DNA from: a virus
Taxonomy: Duplodnaviria; Caudoviricetes
Direction: 5' to 3' (one strand)
DNA: 64,000 nt
IMG/VR virus record: IMGVR_UViG_3300029305_011953
Coordinates: 9,990-73,989 of that record
Shown here: piece after piece, positions 36,283 through 45,725 of the stretch
How positions within the stretch are numbered: position 1 is the first letter of the stretch
Layout of the letters: each line of letters starts with the position of its first letter
The notes under the pieces: generated by a model
The model's input: only the letters and a program-made list of their open reading frames with translations
What the model was told of the DNA's origin: nothing
Database searches by the model: none
Program-made: the position numbers and the translations under genes

Positions 36283-37347
36283 ATGGCAACTTGGAAAACT
36301 CCAAACACGAGTCATACGGTTGAAGACCAGGTTACGCCAGATATTTTTAACACGCTGGCGGAAAATGAAATTTATTTGAAAGACACTAAAATCGTCAGTT
36401 CGCAGGTTCAAGATGGTGCGGTTACGAGTACGGAGAGTACGACCCGTGCAAACATCTCAAGCGGTGATACTGTTAAGGTTGCGTTTGGAAAACTGCGGAA
36501 ATGGTTCTCTGATTTTGGTGTTCTTTGCTTTTTAGATAAGGTTGACACCGACCAAATCGAGGCAACTTCGGTAACAATGGGTAAAATTGCAAGCAATGCT
36601 GTCTCTACGGGTAAATTAGACGGACTTGCAGTTACGACGGCGAAAATTGCAAATGCCGCCGTAACGGATGTAAAACTTGCGGTAAACTCCGTCATAACAG
36701 AAAAAATACTCGATTTGGCAGTAACAACATCGAAACTTGCCGACCTTGCAGTAACGAGTGCAAAGCTCGCAACAAGTGCGGTTACAACGGCTAAAATTGC
36801 CGATTTAAACGTGACAACGGCAAAGTTGGCGAATGGTTCGGTGACCACGGCGAAACTCGCTGATGGGGCTGTTACCGATGTAAAAGTGAGCGATGTTGCA
36901 GCAAGTAAAATAACGGGGCTTGCCGCAGTTGCTACGAGTGGGAAGTATAGCGATTTAACAGGTACTCCTTCCTTTAGCTCGTTCACTTTAACAAGAGGAA
37001 CTTATACCGTAGATAAGCAATACAACATTCCTGCGACGGGTTTGTATTTGCCTTTTATCAAATTCACAAACAATGCAGGTTATGTAAGTGTTTCTTGTAT
37101 GGGTACGTTTTCAAATAAAACAGGGCAAGTCAATCCAAGTTATAGCTCGATTTCGTCAATATACTATAGCGGACAAAAGCAGATTCAGTTGAGATGTGTT
37201 TACGTAAGCTCGACGGCGCTACGATATGAAGTATACATTTCAAGTAATGCTACCACAGCTCCAAGCACGCTTTGGACGGATTATTCCGATAGCGGGACTT
37301 TAGAGTTGATTATGTATAAAATCGACAACTTCTCGGCGATTTGGTAA
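36283..37347 (+). CDS. Tail fibre / receptor-binding protein with VTxxK(I/L)A repeats
   Basis: About 11 ten-residue repeats (e.g. VTTAKIADLN) at roughly 36571-36915, then a unique C-terminal domain. Confidence 0.75.
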   Translation: MATWKTPNTSHTVEDQVTPDIFNTLAENEIYLKDTKIVSSQVQDGAVTSTESTTRANISSGDTVKVAFGKLRKWFSDFGVLCFLDKVDTDQIEATSVTMGKIASNAVSTGKLDGLAVTTAKIANAAVTDVKLAVNSVITEKILDLAVTTSKLADLAVTSAKLATSAVTTAKIADLNVTTAKLANGSVTTAKLADGAVTDVKVSDVAASKITGLAAVATSGKYSDLTGTPSFSSFTLTRGTYTVDKQYNIPATGLYLPFIKFTNNAGYVSVSCMGTFSNKTGQVNPSYSSISSIYYSGQKQIQLRCVYVSSTALRYEVYISSNATTAPSTLWTDYSDSGTLELIMYKIDNFSAIW

Positions 37348-37365
37348 GTTATAAGGGGTGGAAGA

Positions 37366-37653
37366 ATGCTGACGGTAGTAAAAGGCGATATTTTTGAATT
37401 CTGCGTTGCGATGTGCAATGTCGACCCCTATGCGGTAAAGAAAGTTGAGTTTTCCAGCCGTGATTTGGGCGTAATCCACGAAGCGTTTTATGACGATGGT
37501 GTGTACCGTGTACGCATTCATGGTGAGGTTACAAAGAATTTCCCCGTTGGATTTGCAAAATACGATGTTACGGTCACGTTAATCGATGATGAGCGTTTGA
37601 CCGTGAAAGTGAACGAGAGAGTTCAAGTCTTGGAAAAACGAAACGAGGTGTGA
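37366..37653 (+). CDS. Small tail/baseplate protein
   Basis: Position and beta-rich composition (VVKGDIFEF, YDVTVTL). Confidence 0.6.
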   Translation: MLTVVKGDIFEFCVAMCNVDPYAVKKVEFSSRDLGVIHEAFYDDGVYRVRIHGEVTKNFPVGFAKYDVTVTLIDDERLTVKVNERVQVLEKRNEV

Positions 37654-37654
37654 A

Positions 37655-37999
37655 ATGAATAAAGAACACGGAATTATGATTTGTCCAGGCGTAACGGTCT
37701 CGGACAATTATATTCGGCTTACGAACAAGCCAAAAATAAACGGGATTGAGTTATGTGGAAATAAAACTTCTACGCAACTCAATCTTTTATCTAACCAAAT
37801 CGGCGAATATAGCGAGATAGACCTTGCGACAGCAGGCAACGACTCCTATATGCTCGTATTCCCTCAAGCGGGTCAGCCGAGTAAAGTACGGGTGGGGGAT
37901 ATCAAGTCGGGAATGTTTTCCACAACGGAAGCGGTAACCGAAGAAACAGTAGAAACGATGGAAGTCGGTGAATTTATATTCAAAAAATTGGAGGATTAA
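37655..37999 (+). CDS. Tail-associated hypothetical protein
   Basis: LTNKPKINGIELCGNKTS motif typical of tail-fibre N-termini. Confidence 0.6.
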   Translation: MNKEHGIMICPGVTVSDNYIRLTNKPKINGIELCGNKTSTQLNLLSNQIGEYSEIDLATAGNDSYMLVFPQAGQPSKVRVGDIKSGMFSTTEAVTEETVETMEVGEFIFKKLED

Positions 38000-38002
38000 A
38001 AA

Positions 38003-39106
38003 ATGGCACAAACGACTAACAAATTTCAAATTATTCAGAAGGTAAGCGAAACAGACACGATGGTTCTTCATCCAGAAACGGATGCGAGTATCGTAAAATA
38101 TGACGGTACAACGTCGGGGTTGAGTGCAACCGATGCAAAAGCGGCAATTGACGAGCTTGCAAGTCAAATTGATGATATCACGGGTGGCGGTGTTGTTACT
38201 GGTATCAAGGGTAATACGGAAAGCACTTATCGAAAAGGTCAAGTAAATCTTACCGCTGCAAATATCGGAGCAGAAACGGCGGGGACTGTAGCAACACACA
38301 ATAGCAATACTTCTGCGCATACGGATATCCGCAATTTAATTACGGCGGCACAGAATAAGGCAAATCAAGCCTACACGCTGGCAGAAGGTAGGGCAAGAGC
38401 TGTGGCGTTTGATACGCTTGATTCGGTAAAAACGAACTTGAAATCGGCATCGAATTCGGCTTATAAGGTTGGCGATCACATTCTTATCAAGGCAACAAAT
38501 ACGCCTGATTATTGGATTTCCGCAATCCTTACGAGCAACACGGGCGATTATGGTTATTACGAGTTGACCGCATTGGAAACCCCGAAGGTTGACCTTTCTG
38601 GGTATCAGACCAAAACGGACAGCTCTTTAACGACCACGGCAAAAACTGTCGTTGGGGCGATTGGCGAAGTCAAAACGACAGCGGATTCCGCATTGAGTAA
38701 GGCAACGACCAATGCCACGAATATTACTAATATTATCAACGGCACGACGGTTGTGTCGAAGGCTACGTCAGCGACTTCGGCAACGAGTGCAACTACTGCA
38801 ACGAGTGCGGGGAAGTGGACAACTGCAAGAACAATTGGTGTAACGGTCGGTTCTGGTACGAAGAGTGATGGTAGCACGGCAATTACAGCAACGGGGTCTC
38901 AATCGGTTGACGGTTCGGCAAATAAGACCATTTCCGTCACGCTCGGCGATAGCGGTGTTGCTGCAGGTGTGTATAGTGCGATTCAGGTCAACTCGAAGGG
39001 TATCGCTACGGCGGGTGGACAAATCATAGAAATTGGTTCTGCAAGCCAAACTTCGCCGAGTGCTGACCTTGCAACAGGCGGAATTTTCTTCAAAATGATT
39101 TCTTAA
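38003..39106 (+). CDS. Tail fibre protein
   Basis: Thr/Ala/Ser-rich; VLHPETDAS, VTGIKG..E..YRKGQVNLT, SGVAAGVYSAIQVNSKG. Confidence 0.72.
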   Translation: MAQTTNKFQIIQKVSETDTMVLHPETDASIVKYDGTTSGLSATDAKAAIDELASQIDDITGGGVVTGIKGNTESTYRKGQVNLTAANIGAETAGTVATHNSNTSAHTDIRNLITAAQNKANQAYTLAEGRARAVAFDTLDSVKTNLKSASNSAYKVGDHILIKATNTPDYWISAILTSNTGDYGYYELTALETPKVDLSGYQTKTDSSLTTTAKTVVGAIGEVKTTADSALSKATTNATNITNIINGTTVVSKATSATSATSATTATSAGKWTTARTIGVTVGSGTKSDGSTAITATGSQSVDGSANKTISVTLGDSGVAAGVYSAIQVNSKGIATAGGQIIEIGSASQTSPSADLATGGIFFKMIS

Positions 39107-39118
39107 TAGGAGGTAGTT

Positions 39119-40012
39119 ATGCCATACAGACCGACAATTAAAAATAGTGACGGCACGTTAACGGATTTGCCTTTAGAAGCTGAAACGGCTGTAAAGTTGA
39201 AAACGGCAAGAAGTATTTCGTTGTCTGGCGTAACGGCAACCGCACAGTCTTTCAATGGTGGTTCAAATATAACTATTCCTATTACGGCAGTACCAGGTAC
39301 GCTTTTAACGGGTTCAACGACAATCAGCACTTCGGGTAATGCAGGAACGGCTACGAAACTTGCTACCGCGCGGACAATTGGGTTAAGTGGAGTAACTGCC
39401 ACCGCCCAGTCGTTCAACGGCTCGGCAAATATTACAATCCCGATAACAGCTGTTCCCGCAAGTCTTTTGACAGGAACGGCATCGATAAGCACAACGGGCA
39501 ATGCGGCAACGGCTACGAAAGCGACAAACGCAGATGCGATTTTTAAGAATTCGAGTGGAAGTTACTTGACTGCAACCATTGATTCAAGCGGTTATGCCCA
39601 GTTGAGCGATGGCTCTACGGTAAGACGAAAAAAGCCTTTGTATGTGTCAACCATAGGCACGTATTATGATGATTATCAGATTTTATCGGGGGATACCTTT
39701 CCAACTGGCGGTAAACTCTATGAAATCATCTATGAAGATAACGGGATAAGTCAATATTTTAGGTATAGATTTCCTACGACAACAAGTGGGACTCTTACTA
39801 TTTATTTCTCGTTGCTTTTCAATGTTCATAAGAGTACCTATGATTTTAGGATACAAGAGGCAGGCAGTAGCACGACCTATAAGTCTATGAAGTGGGTTAT
39901 TGACTTTACAAATAAAACAGTAAAGCAAACGAAATATTCGGGTGGTTCGTGTGCGGCAACAACGGTGTACTTTAAGGGAATATATGAATTGATTGAACAA
40001 GGAGGAGCGTAA
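39119..40012 (+). CDS. Tail fibre protein with two 54-aa repeats
   Basis: KLxTARxIxLSGVTATAQSFNGxxNITIPITAVP repeated at about 39191-39514. Confidence 0.72.
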   Translation: MPYRPTIKNSDGTLTDLPLEAETAVKLKTARSISLSGVTATAQSFNGGSNITIPITAVPGTLLTGSTTISTSGNAGTATKLATARTIGLSGVTATAQSFNGSANITIPITAVPASLLTGTASISTTGNAATATKATNADAIFKNSSGSYLTATIDSSGYAQLSDGSTVRRKKPLYVSTIGTYYDDYQILSGDTFPTGGKLYEIIYEDNGISQYFRYRFPTTTSGTLTIYFSLLFNVHKSTYDFRIQEAGSSTTYKSMKWVIDFTNKTVKQTKYSGGSCAATTVYFKGIYELIEQGGA

Positions 40013-40014
40013 GA

Positions 40015-40389
40015 ATGAAGATAGTACCTATCAGTAAACACGAATATCGGGTTTTTCCGATAAGGGAAGACGAACCGTATCTTGAAATTACGGAAAAAGA
40101 ATATCAAGGATTGGAAATGCAAACGCATTGTTTCAACGATGACTTGTCTGCTGTGATTGAATACGTGAAATCGACAGAAGAATTGGAGCTTGAAAGGGTG
40201 CAGGAGCGTAATTTTCAAATTCGCATAAGAATTAGCGAATTAAAGAGTCAGTTGGCGCAGACCGACTACAAGACCTTGAAGTTGTTTGAAGGATTGATTA
40301 CGGAAGAAGAGTATCTGGAAACTCGTGTACTTCGTGAAAGCCTTCGAGCGCAAATTAATGACCTTGAAAGCCAAATCGTGGAGGTGTAA
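40015..40389 (+). CDS. Tail fibre assembly-like protein
   Basis: RISELKSQLAQTDYKTLK...LRAQINDLE; follows the fibre gene. Confidence 0.6.
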   Translation: MKIVPISKHEYRVFPIREDEPYLEITEKEYQGLEMQTHCFNDDLSAVIEYVKSTEELELERVQERNFQIRIRISELKSQLAQTDYKTLKLFEGLITEEEYLETRVLRESLRAQINDLESQIVEV

Positions 40390-40390
40390 A

Positions 40391-40687
40391 GTGGTTGCAA
40401 TCATTATCAGTATTACGGGAAGCATTGTCAGCGGGATGGTGCTTTTTTTCTTGCAGAGATTTTTCAAGAAAAAGGCAAAGACGGATGAGGAAAGGGATGA
40501 GGCGAAGAGAAAAGAGAATATTCTCATCCTTAAAAGTATCGATGCGGTGGGGAAACTCACCTATGCTGATGCCATTGCAATTCGTGATGGCAAGACGAAC
40601 GGGGAAATGAAGACCGCAATTGAGGCATATAAAAAAGCCGACGAAGAACTTTATAATTTCCTACTCGAACAGAATGCAATGAAATAA
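40391..40687 (+). CDS. Single-TM coiled-coil lysis-module protein (holin/XhlA-like)
   Basis: N-terminal TM (IIISITGSIVSGMVLFFL) then a charged coiled coil; GTG start after GAGGTG. Confidence 0.6.
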   Translation: MVAIIISITGSIVSGMVLFFLQRFFKKKAKTDEERDEAKRKENILILKSIDAVGKLTYADAIAIRDGKTNGEMKTAIEAYKKADEELYNFLLEQNAMK

Positions 40688-40697
40688 GGAGGACAAT

Positions 40698-41129
40698 ATG
40701 AAGAAAATTAATGGTGTTTTATTTTGGATTTTATCCTTAACCTGGGGACTTCCTATGACCCTCGTAGGCGCTTTGGTGGCGCTTGCATTGCTCATAACGG
40801 GGCATAAACTGAAACGTTTCCAGCACTTCATTTATTTTGAAGTTGGGTATAATTGGGGCGGATTTGAGGTCGGCGGATTCTTCGTTGTGGATAAATACGC
40901 AAGCGAACGCACAAAACGCCACGAGGCTGGACACGGCATACAGAATATTATCCTGGGGCCGTTAATGCCGTTCTTGGTGAGTATCCCTTCGGCAACGAGA
41001 TATTGGTATCGTGAGTATCTTGTTAGGAAGAAAAAGAAACTTCGTAGTGAATTGCCCCCGTATGATTCCATCTGGTTTGAAGGGTGGGCAACGAAACTTG
41101 GAGATAAATATTACAAGGAGGCAGTATAA
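40698..41129 (+). CDS. Membrane protein with HExxH motif (putative zinc metallopeptidase)
   Basis: TM (WILSLTWGLPMTLVGALVALALL), HEAGHGIQN, second hydrophobic stretch, WFEGWATKLG. Confidence 0.7.
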   Translation: MKKINGVLFWILSLTWGLPMTLVGALVALALLITGHKLKRFQHFIYFEVGYNWGGFEVGGFFVVDKYASERTKRHEAGHGIQNIILGPLMPFLVSIPSATRYWYREYLVRKKKKLRSELPPYDSIWFEGWATKLGDKYYKEAV

Positions 41130-41425
41130 TGGAACAATACTTAGAATTGATTTCCGTCCCTGCGATTGCAGCGGTGGTCTATTGGATTATCAACATCATC
41201 AAAACTGCTGTTAAAAGCGAGAAGTTCAACCGATTTATTCCTTTGATTGCGGCGGTTCTTGGTGTGATTAGTGGGGTCGTTTGTTTTTATGCGATTCCGT
41301 CTATCATTCCGGCACAGAACGTGATTGTTGCAATCATTATCGGTGGCGCAAGTGGTTTGACGGCAACTGGTACGAACCAAATCATCAAGCAATTGACGAA
41401 GTCCGACACCGAAAATAAAGAATAA
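41129..41425 (+). CDS. Phage holin
   Basis: Three hydrophobic segments, FIPLIAAVLG, GGASGLTATGTNQIIKQ, charged C-terminus. Confidence 0.85.
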   Translation: MEQYLELISVPAIAAVVYWIINIIKTAVKSEKFNRFIPLIAAVLGVISGVVCFYAIPSIIPAQNVIVAIIIGGASGLTATGTNQIIKQLTKSDTENKE

Positions 41426-41442
41426 TTGAATAAAGCAAATAA

Positions 41443-41483
41443 AGCCTATCTGGAACTTCTTCTTGGTAGGCTTTATTTTTTTT
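41443..41483 (+). terminator. Intrinsic terminator after the holin (copy 1 of a duplicated terminator)
   Basis: AGCCTATC...GGTAGGCT stem plus T tract; 40-bp near-identical copy at 42120-42160. Confidence 0.75.
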
Positions 41484-41566
41484 ATCTGCGCATATGATTG
41501 TAATTGAATAATTTGTAAATCTATGTTATAATTAACTCACCGATAAATAAGAATTTGCAGGTGCGA

Positions 41567-42064
41567 ATGATGAAAACTTTATATATGATTGGTGGCACTA
41601 TGGGAATTGGAAAAACAACTGTGTGCCAACAGCTTAAACAGGATTTGCCGAATAGCGTATTTCTTGACGGAGATTGGTGCTGGGATGCAAGTCCGTTCCA
41701 AGTAACCGATGAAACAAAAGCAATGGTGACAAATAATATTTGTTATGTACTCAATAATTTTCTGAAGTGTTCTGCATACGAGAATATCATTTTTTGTTGG
41801 GTGATGCACGAGCAGAGTATTATCAATTCCATACTTGAGAAGCTGGATACACAGAACTGTGAGGTGAAATGCGTCTCGCTTGTAGCGGATGAAAAGACTC
41901 TGTGTGAAAGATTGGCAATGGATGTAGAAAGAGGTATCCGTTCAGAAGATATAATTGAGCGAAGCATAGCAAGAATACCGATGTATCAAGCACTCAATAC
42001 CATTAAAATTGATACCAACGCCAAAACCGTGGCTATGATTGCCAATGAGATAAAGCTGTTGTAA
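41567..42064 (+). CDS. P-loop nucleotide kinase-like protein (AAA_33 type), moron
   Basis: Walker A GGTMGIGKTT, FLDGDWCW, CWVMH; own extended -10 TGTTATAAT at 41524-41532. Confidence 0.82.
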   Translation: MMKTLYMIGGTMGIGKTTVCQQLKQDLPNSVFLDGDWCWDASPFQVTDETKAMVTNNICYVLNNFLKCSAYENIIFCWVMHEQSIINSILEKLDTQNCEVKCVSLVADEKTLCERLAMDVERGIRSEDIIERSIARIPMYQALNTIKIDTNAKTVAMIANEIKLL

Positions 42065-42119
42065 TACCGTCAAATTCCAATTTATCGAGTTTAATCAAAA
42101 TTGAATATTTGCGTAAGGT

Positions 42120-42160
42120 AGCCTATCTGGAACTTTTTCTGGGTAGGCTTTATTTTTTTG
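42120..42160 (+). terminator. Intrinsic terminator (copy 2) closing the kinase moron
   Basis: Two mismatches to 41443-41483. Confidence 0.75.
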
Positions 42161-42221
42161 CCTAATATACCCTTAAAAAATGGTTCTTTTTTCTCCGTAT
42201 CTTGAAGGAGCGTGAAATAAT

Positions 42222-42596
42222 ATGACGAACGAAGAAAAAAATAAAATCATTGAACTGTCCCAACAGGGGCTTGGATACACAAAAATTGCAACGCAGGTGG
42301 GTTTGTCCCCAAACAGCGTAAAAACATTTTTAAGAAGGCAGAAGGAACATACTTCGTGCCGGTGTTTACAATGTGGGACGGAAATTACGAGTATGCCGCA
42401 TAAAAAGGAAAAGAAGTTCTGCTCGGCTGTTTGCCGTATGCGTTGGTGGAACGAGCACCAAAAGCAAGTGAACAGAAAGGCATACTATACCTTGACGTGC
42501 GAATGCTGTGGCTCTACCTTTGTCACGTATGGGAATGCAAAGCAAAAATTCTGTTCTCGTAAGTGTTTTGCTAATTATCGGAGGAAAGAAAAATGA
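42222..42596 (+). CDS. HTH plus double zinc-finger protein (recombinase-associated regulator)
   Basis: GLGYTKIATQVGLSPNSVKTFLRR HTH; CLQCG...FCSAVCRMRWW; CECCG...FCSRKC. Confidence 0.82.
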   Translation: MTNEEKNKIIELSQQGLGYTKIATQVGLSPNSVKTFLRRQKEHTSCRCLQCGTEITSMPHKKEKKFCSAVCRMRWWNEHQKQVNRKAYYTLTCECCGSTFVTYGNAKQKFCSRKCFANYRRKEK

Positions 42597-42763
42597 TGGA
42601 AAATCAAGAGAATATTTTAAGATATACCTTGGCGGTAACAATGGCAGAATCGATGCTTGAAAAGGGTATTATTTCCAAGGACGATTATAATAAAATTGAA
42701 CAGAAATTTTGCGAAAAATATTGTATCAATTTATCGTCTATATTCCGCAAAATCGCTGGATAA
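42593..42763 (+). CDS. 56-aa SHOCT-like protein upstream of the recombinases (below the ORF-track cutoff)
   Basis: My translation: MMENQENILRYTLAVTMAESMLEKGIISKDDYNKIEQKFCEKYCINLSSIFRKIAG; ATGA overlap with the upstream stop; MLEKGIIS.DDY is SHOCT-like. Confidence 0.75.
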   Translation: MMENQENILRYTLAVTMAESMLEKGIISKDDYNKIEQKFCEKYCINLSSIFRKIAG

Positions 42764-42805
42764 TATTCTCTTTTAGAGGTAATATACACATACCAAAAAA
42801 GGAGG
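42748..42805 (+). promoter_or_regulatory. Conserved promoter core, copy 3 of 3, upstream of recombinase 1
   Basis: CAAAATCGCTGGATA...TTTTAGAGGTAATATACACATAC followed by AAGGAGG. Confidence 0.7.
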
Positions 42806-42810
42806 GTATT

Positions 42811-44091
42811 ATGGCAAGAATTGTTCAAGTAATTCAACCTACGAAAAACATAGGAATTGAATATTTGAATGTTTGTGCGTATGCGAGAGTTTCAAGTGGA
42901 AAAGATGCAATGATGCATTCGCTTTCCGCGCAAATCAGCTATTACCAAACATACATTCAAAGAAAGCAAAACTGGCGTTTCCGTGGGGTATATGCGGACG
43001 AGGCAATTTCGGGGACGAAAGACAACCGTGAATGCTTTAATGCAATGCTTGAAGAGTGCCGAAAGGGGCATATTGATTTAATTGTTACGAAGTCAATTTC
43101 AAGATTTGCAAGAAACACGATTACGCTTTTGGAAACGATACGAGAGTTAAAGGATATAGGTGTTAACGTTTACTTTGAAGAACAGAACATCAACACCCTT
43201 TCGGCGGAAGGGGAAGTGCTTTTGACTTTGTTGGCATCCTACGCACAGGAAGAAGCTCGTTCGGCAAGCGAAAATCAAAAATGGAGAGTGCTGTTGAATT
43301 TCAAACAAGGTAAACCTTGGTGTTGCACTATGTTTGGATATCGTCACGAAAAGGGGAAGTTTTATATCGTCGAGCGTGAGGCAGAAATCATTCGATGGAT
43401 TTATAAATCTTACCTTGAAGGGCGTGGAACGACAGCAATCTCTAATGACCTCGCCGCTTATGGGGAAGTTGGTAGGAAGGGGCATTTATTTTCAAAAGGT
43501 TCAGTTATGAAAATTCTTCGGAATTATGCTTATACGGGAAACTTGATACTTCAAACGACCTATCGAGAAAACTATATGACAAAGGTTCGTAAAAAGAATG
43601 AAGGTCAACTTCCAATGTACCAGGCAGAAGATACGCACGAGCCGATTATAGACCTTGCTACTTTTAAGGAAGTACAAGCAGAAATTGCTCGGCGGAAAGA
43701 AGAGTTTGCGCCAAAAAAAGAAAAGGGCAGGTATGCGTTCACGGGGTTAATCAAGTGCGAAAACTGCGGAAAGGGATTTAGGCGCAAGACGACGGCAACC
43801 AGAGTTGTTTGGATATGCTCGACCTTCAATACAAGGGGAAAGATGTATTGCCATGCAAAACAAATCCCCGAAGAAACGCTTGAGAAATTAACGGCGGATT
43901 TAGACCTTTCGACCGTAAAAGAAATCAGGGCGGCGGAAGGGAATAAACTAACCTTTGTTTTTAAAGACGGAAAGGAAGAAATACGGTATTGGAAAGACCG
44001 TTCGAGAAGTGAGTCTTGGACGGAAGAAAAACGGAAAAAAGCAAGTGAAGACGCATATAGGAGGGAATATAAATGCCGAAAGTTACAATAA
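42811..44091 (+). CDS. Large serine recombinase 1
   Basis: YARVSS catalytic motif, TKSISRFARN, recombinase domain, zinc ribbon CENCG...WIC...C. Confidence 0.92.
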   Translation: MARIVQVIQPTKNIGIEYLNVCAYARVSSGKDAMMHSLSAQISYYQTYIQRKQNWRFRGVYADEAISGTKDNRECFNAMLEECRKGHIDLIVTKSISRFARNTITLLETIRELKDIGVNVYFEEQNINTLSAEGEVLLTLLASYAQEEARSASENQKWRVLLNFKQGKPWCCTMFGYRHEKGKFYIVEREAEIIRWIYKSYLEGRGTTAISNDLAAYGEVGRKGHLFSKGSVMKILRNYAYTGNLILQTTYRENYMTKVRKKNEGQLPMYQAEDTHEPIIDLATFKEVQAEIARRKEEFAPKKEKGRYAFTGLIKCENCGKGFRRKTTATRVVWICSTFNTRGKMYCHAKQIPEETLEKLTADLDLSTVKEIRAAEGNKLTFVFKDGKEEIRYWKDRSRSESWTEEKRKKASEDAYRREYKCRKLQ

Positions 44092-45656
44092 TACCAGCAA
44101 CAAGAGATTTCCATACAGGAAACCTTAAAAACGATTTGAGAAAAAAGCGAGTGGCTGCCTATGCTCGTGTTTCCACGAATAGCGAAGAACAACAGACTTC
44201 CTATGAGGCGCAAGTAGATTATTATACCAAATACATCAAAAGCAGACCCGATTGGGAGTTTGTTGATGTTTATACAGATGAAGGTATAACCGCAACCAAC
44301 ACAAAAAAGCGTGAAGGCTTTAAGGAAATGGTGGAAAACGCCCTTGCGGGAAACATAGACCTAATCATCACAAAATCGGTCAGTCGATTTGCGAGAAATA
44401 CGGTTGACAGCTTAACGACGATCCGTAAGTTGAAAGACAAGGGTATTGAAGTTTTCTTTGAAAAGGAAAATATTTATACCTTGGATAGCAAGGGGGAGTT
44501 GGTATTAACAATTATGAGTTCCCTTGCCCAGGAAGAAAGCAGAAGTATTTCGGAAAACGTAACTTGGGGCAGAAGAAAGCAATTCGCCGACGGGAATGTC
44601 TGCTTGCCCTATAAACATTTCCTTGGATATAAAAAGGGCGAAGACGGCAAACCAGAAGTTGTTCCTGCAGAGGCGGCGATTATACGATTGATTTATATGC
44701 TTTTCCTTGAAGGGAAAACGCCAGGGGCGATTGCGGATTACTTAACGGAACAAGGCTTTCCCACGCCGACAAATAAAAGTAAGGTGTGGCACTTGAAAAC
44801 GGTAGAGAGTATTCTCACGAACGAAAAATACAAAGGTTCGGCAATTCTGCAAAAGAAGTACACCGTCAATTATTTGGAAAAGAAAATGGCGGTAAACGAC
44901 GGGCAAGTTCCTAAATATTACATTGAAGAAAGCCACGAGGCGATTATCCCCCCTGGCGAGTTTGAAATGGTACAAGAAGAAATGAAACGCCGCAAAAGTT
45001 TATCGAGAAAATATAGTGGTTCAACCTTGTTTGCATCAAAGATTATTTGTGGAGATTGCGGTTCGTATTTTGGCGCAAAGGTGTGGCATTCAAATACAGA
45101 ATACCGTCGAGTGATTTATCGATGTAATGAAAAATACGAGAAGAAAGGCGCACCCAGGTGTTCGACGAGCCATCTTTCCGAAGACGAAATTAAGAACGGT
45201 TTTGTACGAGCGTTGAATATTTTGATTAACGAAAAGCAAGTAGTGTTGGATGATTGCAGATTACTATTTGATACGCTGACGGAAACAACGGAATTGGATG
45301 CACAAATTGAAATGCAAATGGCAGAGCGAGAATATGCTATGGAAATTTTGAAGAAATGCGTTGAGGATAATGCGATAAAAGAGCAGAGTCAATTAGAATA
45401 TTGGAAACGCTACGATGCCCTTGCGGAACGTTACGAGGCGGAAAAGAATAAACTTGAAAAACTCCTTGCTTTAAAAGAAGAACGCAAGCACAAGGCGGAA
45501 TTGATAGGCGCGTTTATGTTTGAGTTAAGCGAAATGGACGGAATAATTGAGAATTTCGATGCTCGGCTTTGGTTTTTCACGGTTGAAAGAGTGGTTGTTA
45601 CCGAAGGCAAGAAAATGACATTTGAAATGAGAAACGGTGCAAAAATTGCCGTGTGA
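44073..45656 (+). CDS. Large serine recombinase 2
   Basis: YARVST, TKSVSRFARN, LAQEESRSISEN, CGDCG zinc ribbon, coiled coil. Confidence 0.94.
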   Translation: MPKVTIIPATRDFHTGNLKNDLRKKRVAAYARVSTNSEEQQTSYEAQVDYYTKYIKSRPDWEFVDVYTDEGITATNTKKREGFKEMVENALAGNIDLIITKSVSRFARNTVDSLTTIRKLKDKGIEVFFEKENIYTLDSKGELVLTIMSSLAQEESRSISENVTWGRRKQFADGNVCLPYKHFLGYKKGEDGKPEVVPAEAAIIRLIYMLFLEGKTPGAIADYLTEQGFPTPTNKSKVWHLKTVESILTNEKYKGSAILQKKYTVNYLEKKMAVNDGQVPKYYIEESHEAIIPPGEFEMVQEEMKRRKSLSRKYSGSTLFASKIICGDCGSYFGAKVWHSNTEYRRVIYRCNEKYEKKGAPRCSTSHLSEDEIKNGFVRALNILINEKQVVLDDCRLLFDTLTETTELDAQIEMQMAEREYAMEILKKCVEDNAIKEQSQLEYWKRYDALAERYEAEKNKLEKLLALKEERKHKAELIGAFMFELSEMDGIIENFDARLWFFTVERVVVTEGKKMTFEMRNGAKIAV

Positions 45657-45689
45657 GGATGCGTAAAAAAAGTAGGCGCAACCAAAAAT

Positions 45690-45725
45690 AGAGAAAACTC
45701 CTGTTAAACGCAGGAGTCTTTTCTT
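45690..45725. terminator. Probable bidirectional terminator between convergent modules
   Basis: ACTCCTG-TTAAACG-CAGGAGT with A-rich and T-rich flanks. Confidence 0.65.

Larger units (their letters stand above)
1737..45722 (+). mobile_element. Temperate siphovirus-like prophage (HK97-type head, long tail, twin large serine recombinases); boundaries approximate
   Basis: Collinear regulation, replication, packaging, head, tail, lysis and recombinase modules on one strand. att sites were not identified, and the left end may extend beyond mcrBC. Confidence 0.9.

Noticed and set aside
36283-40012. Diversity-generating retroelement or shufflon acting on tail fibres
   Set aside because: No reverse transcriptase, no adenine-specific TR/VR pair, and no inverted crossover repeats or dedicated invertase seen near the fibres.
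45655-45725. Definite attR
   Set aside because: No matching attL-side sequence was found at the left end of the window, and serine-recombinase att cores are too short to call without an empty-site comparison.
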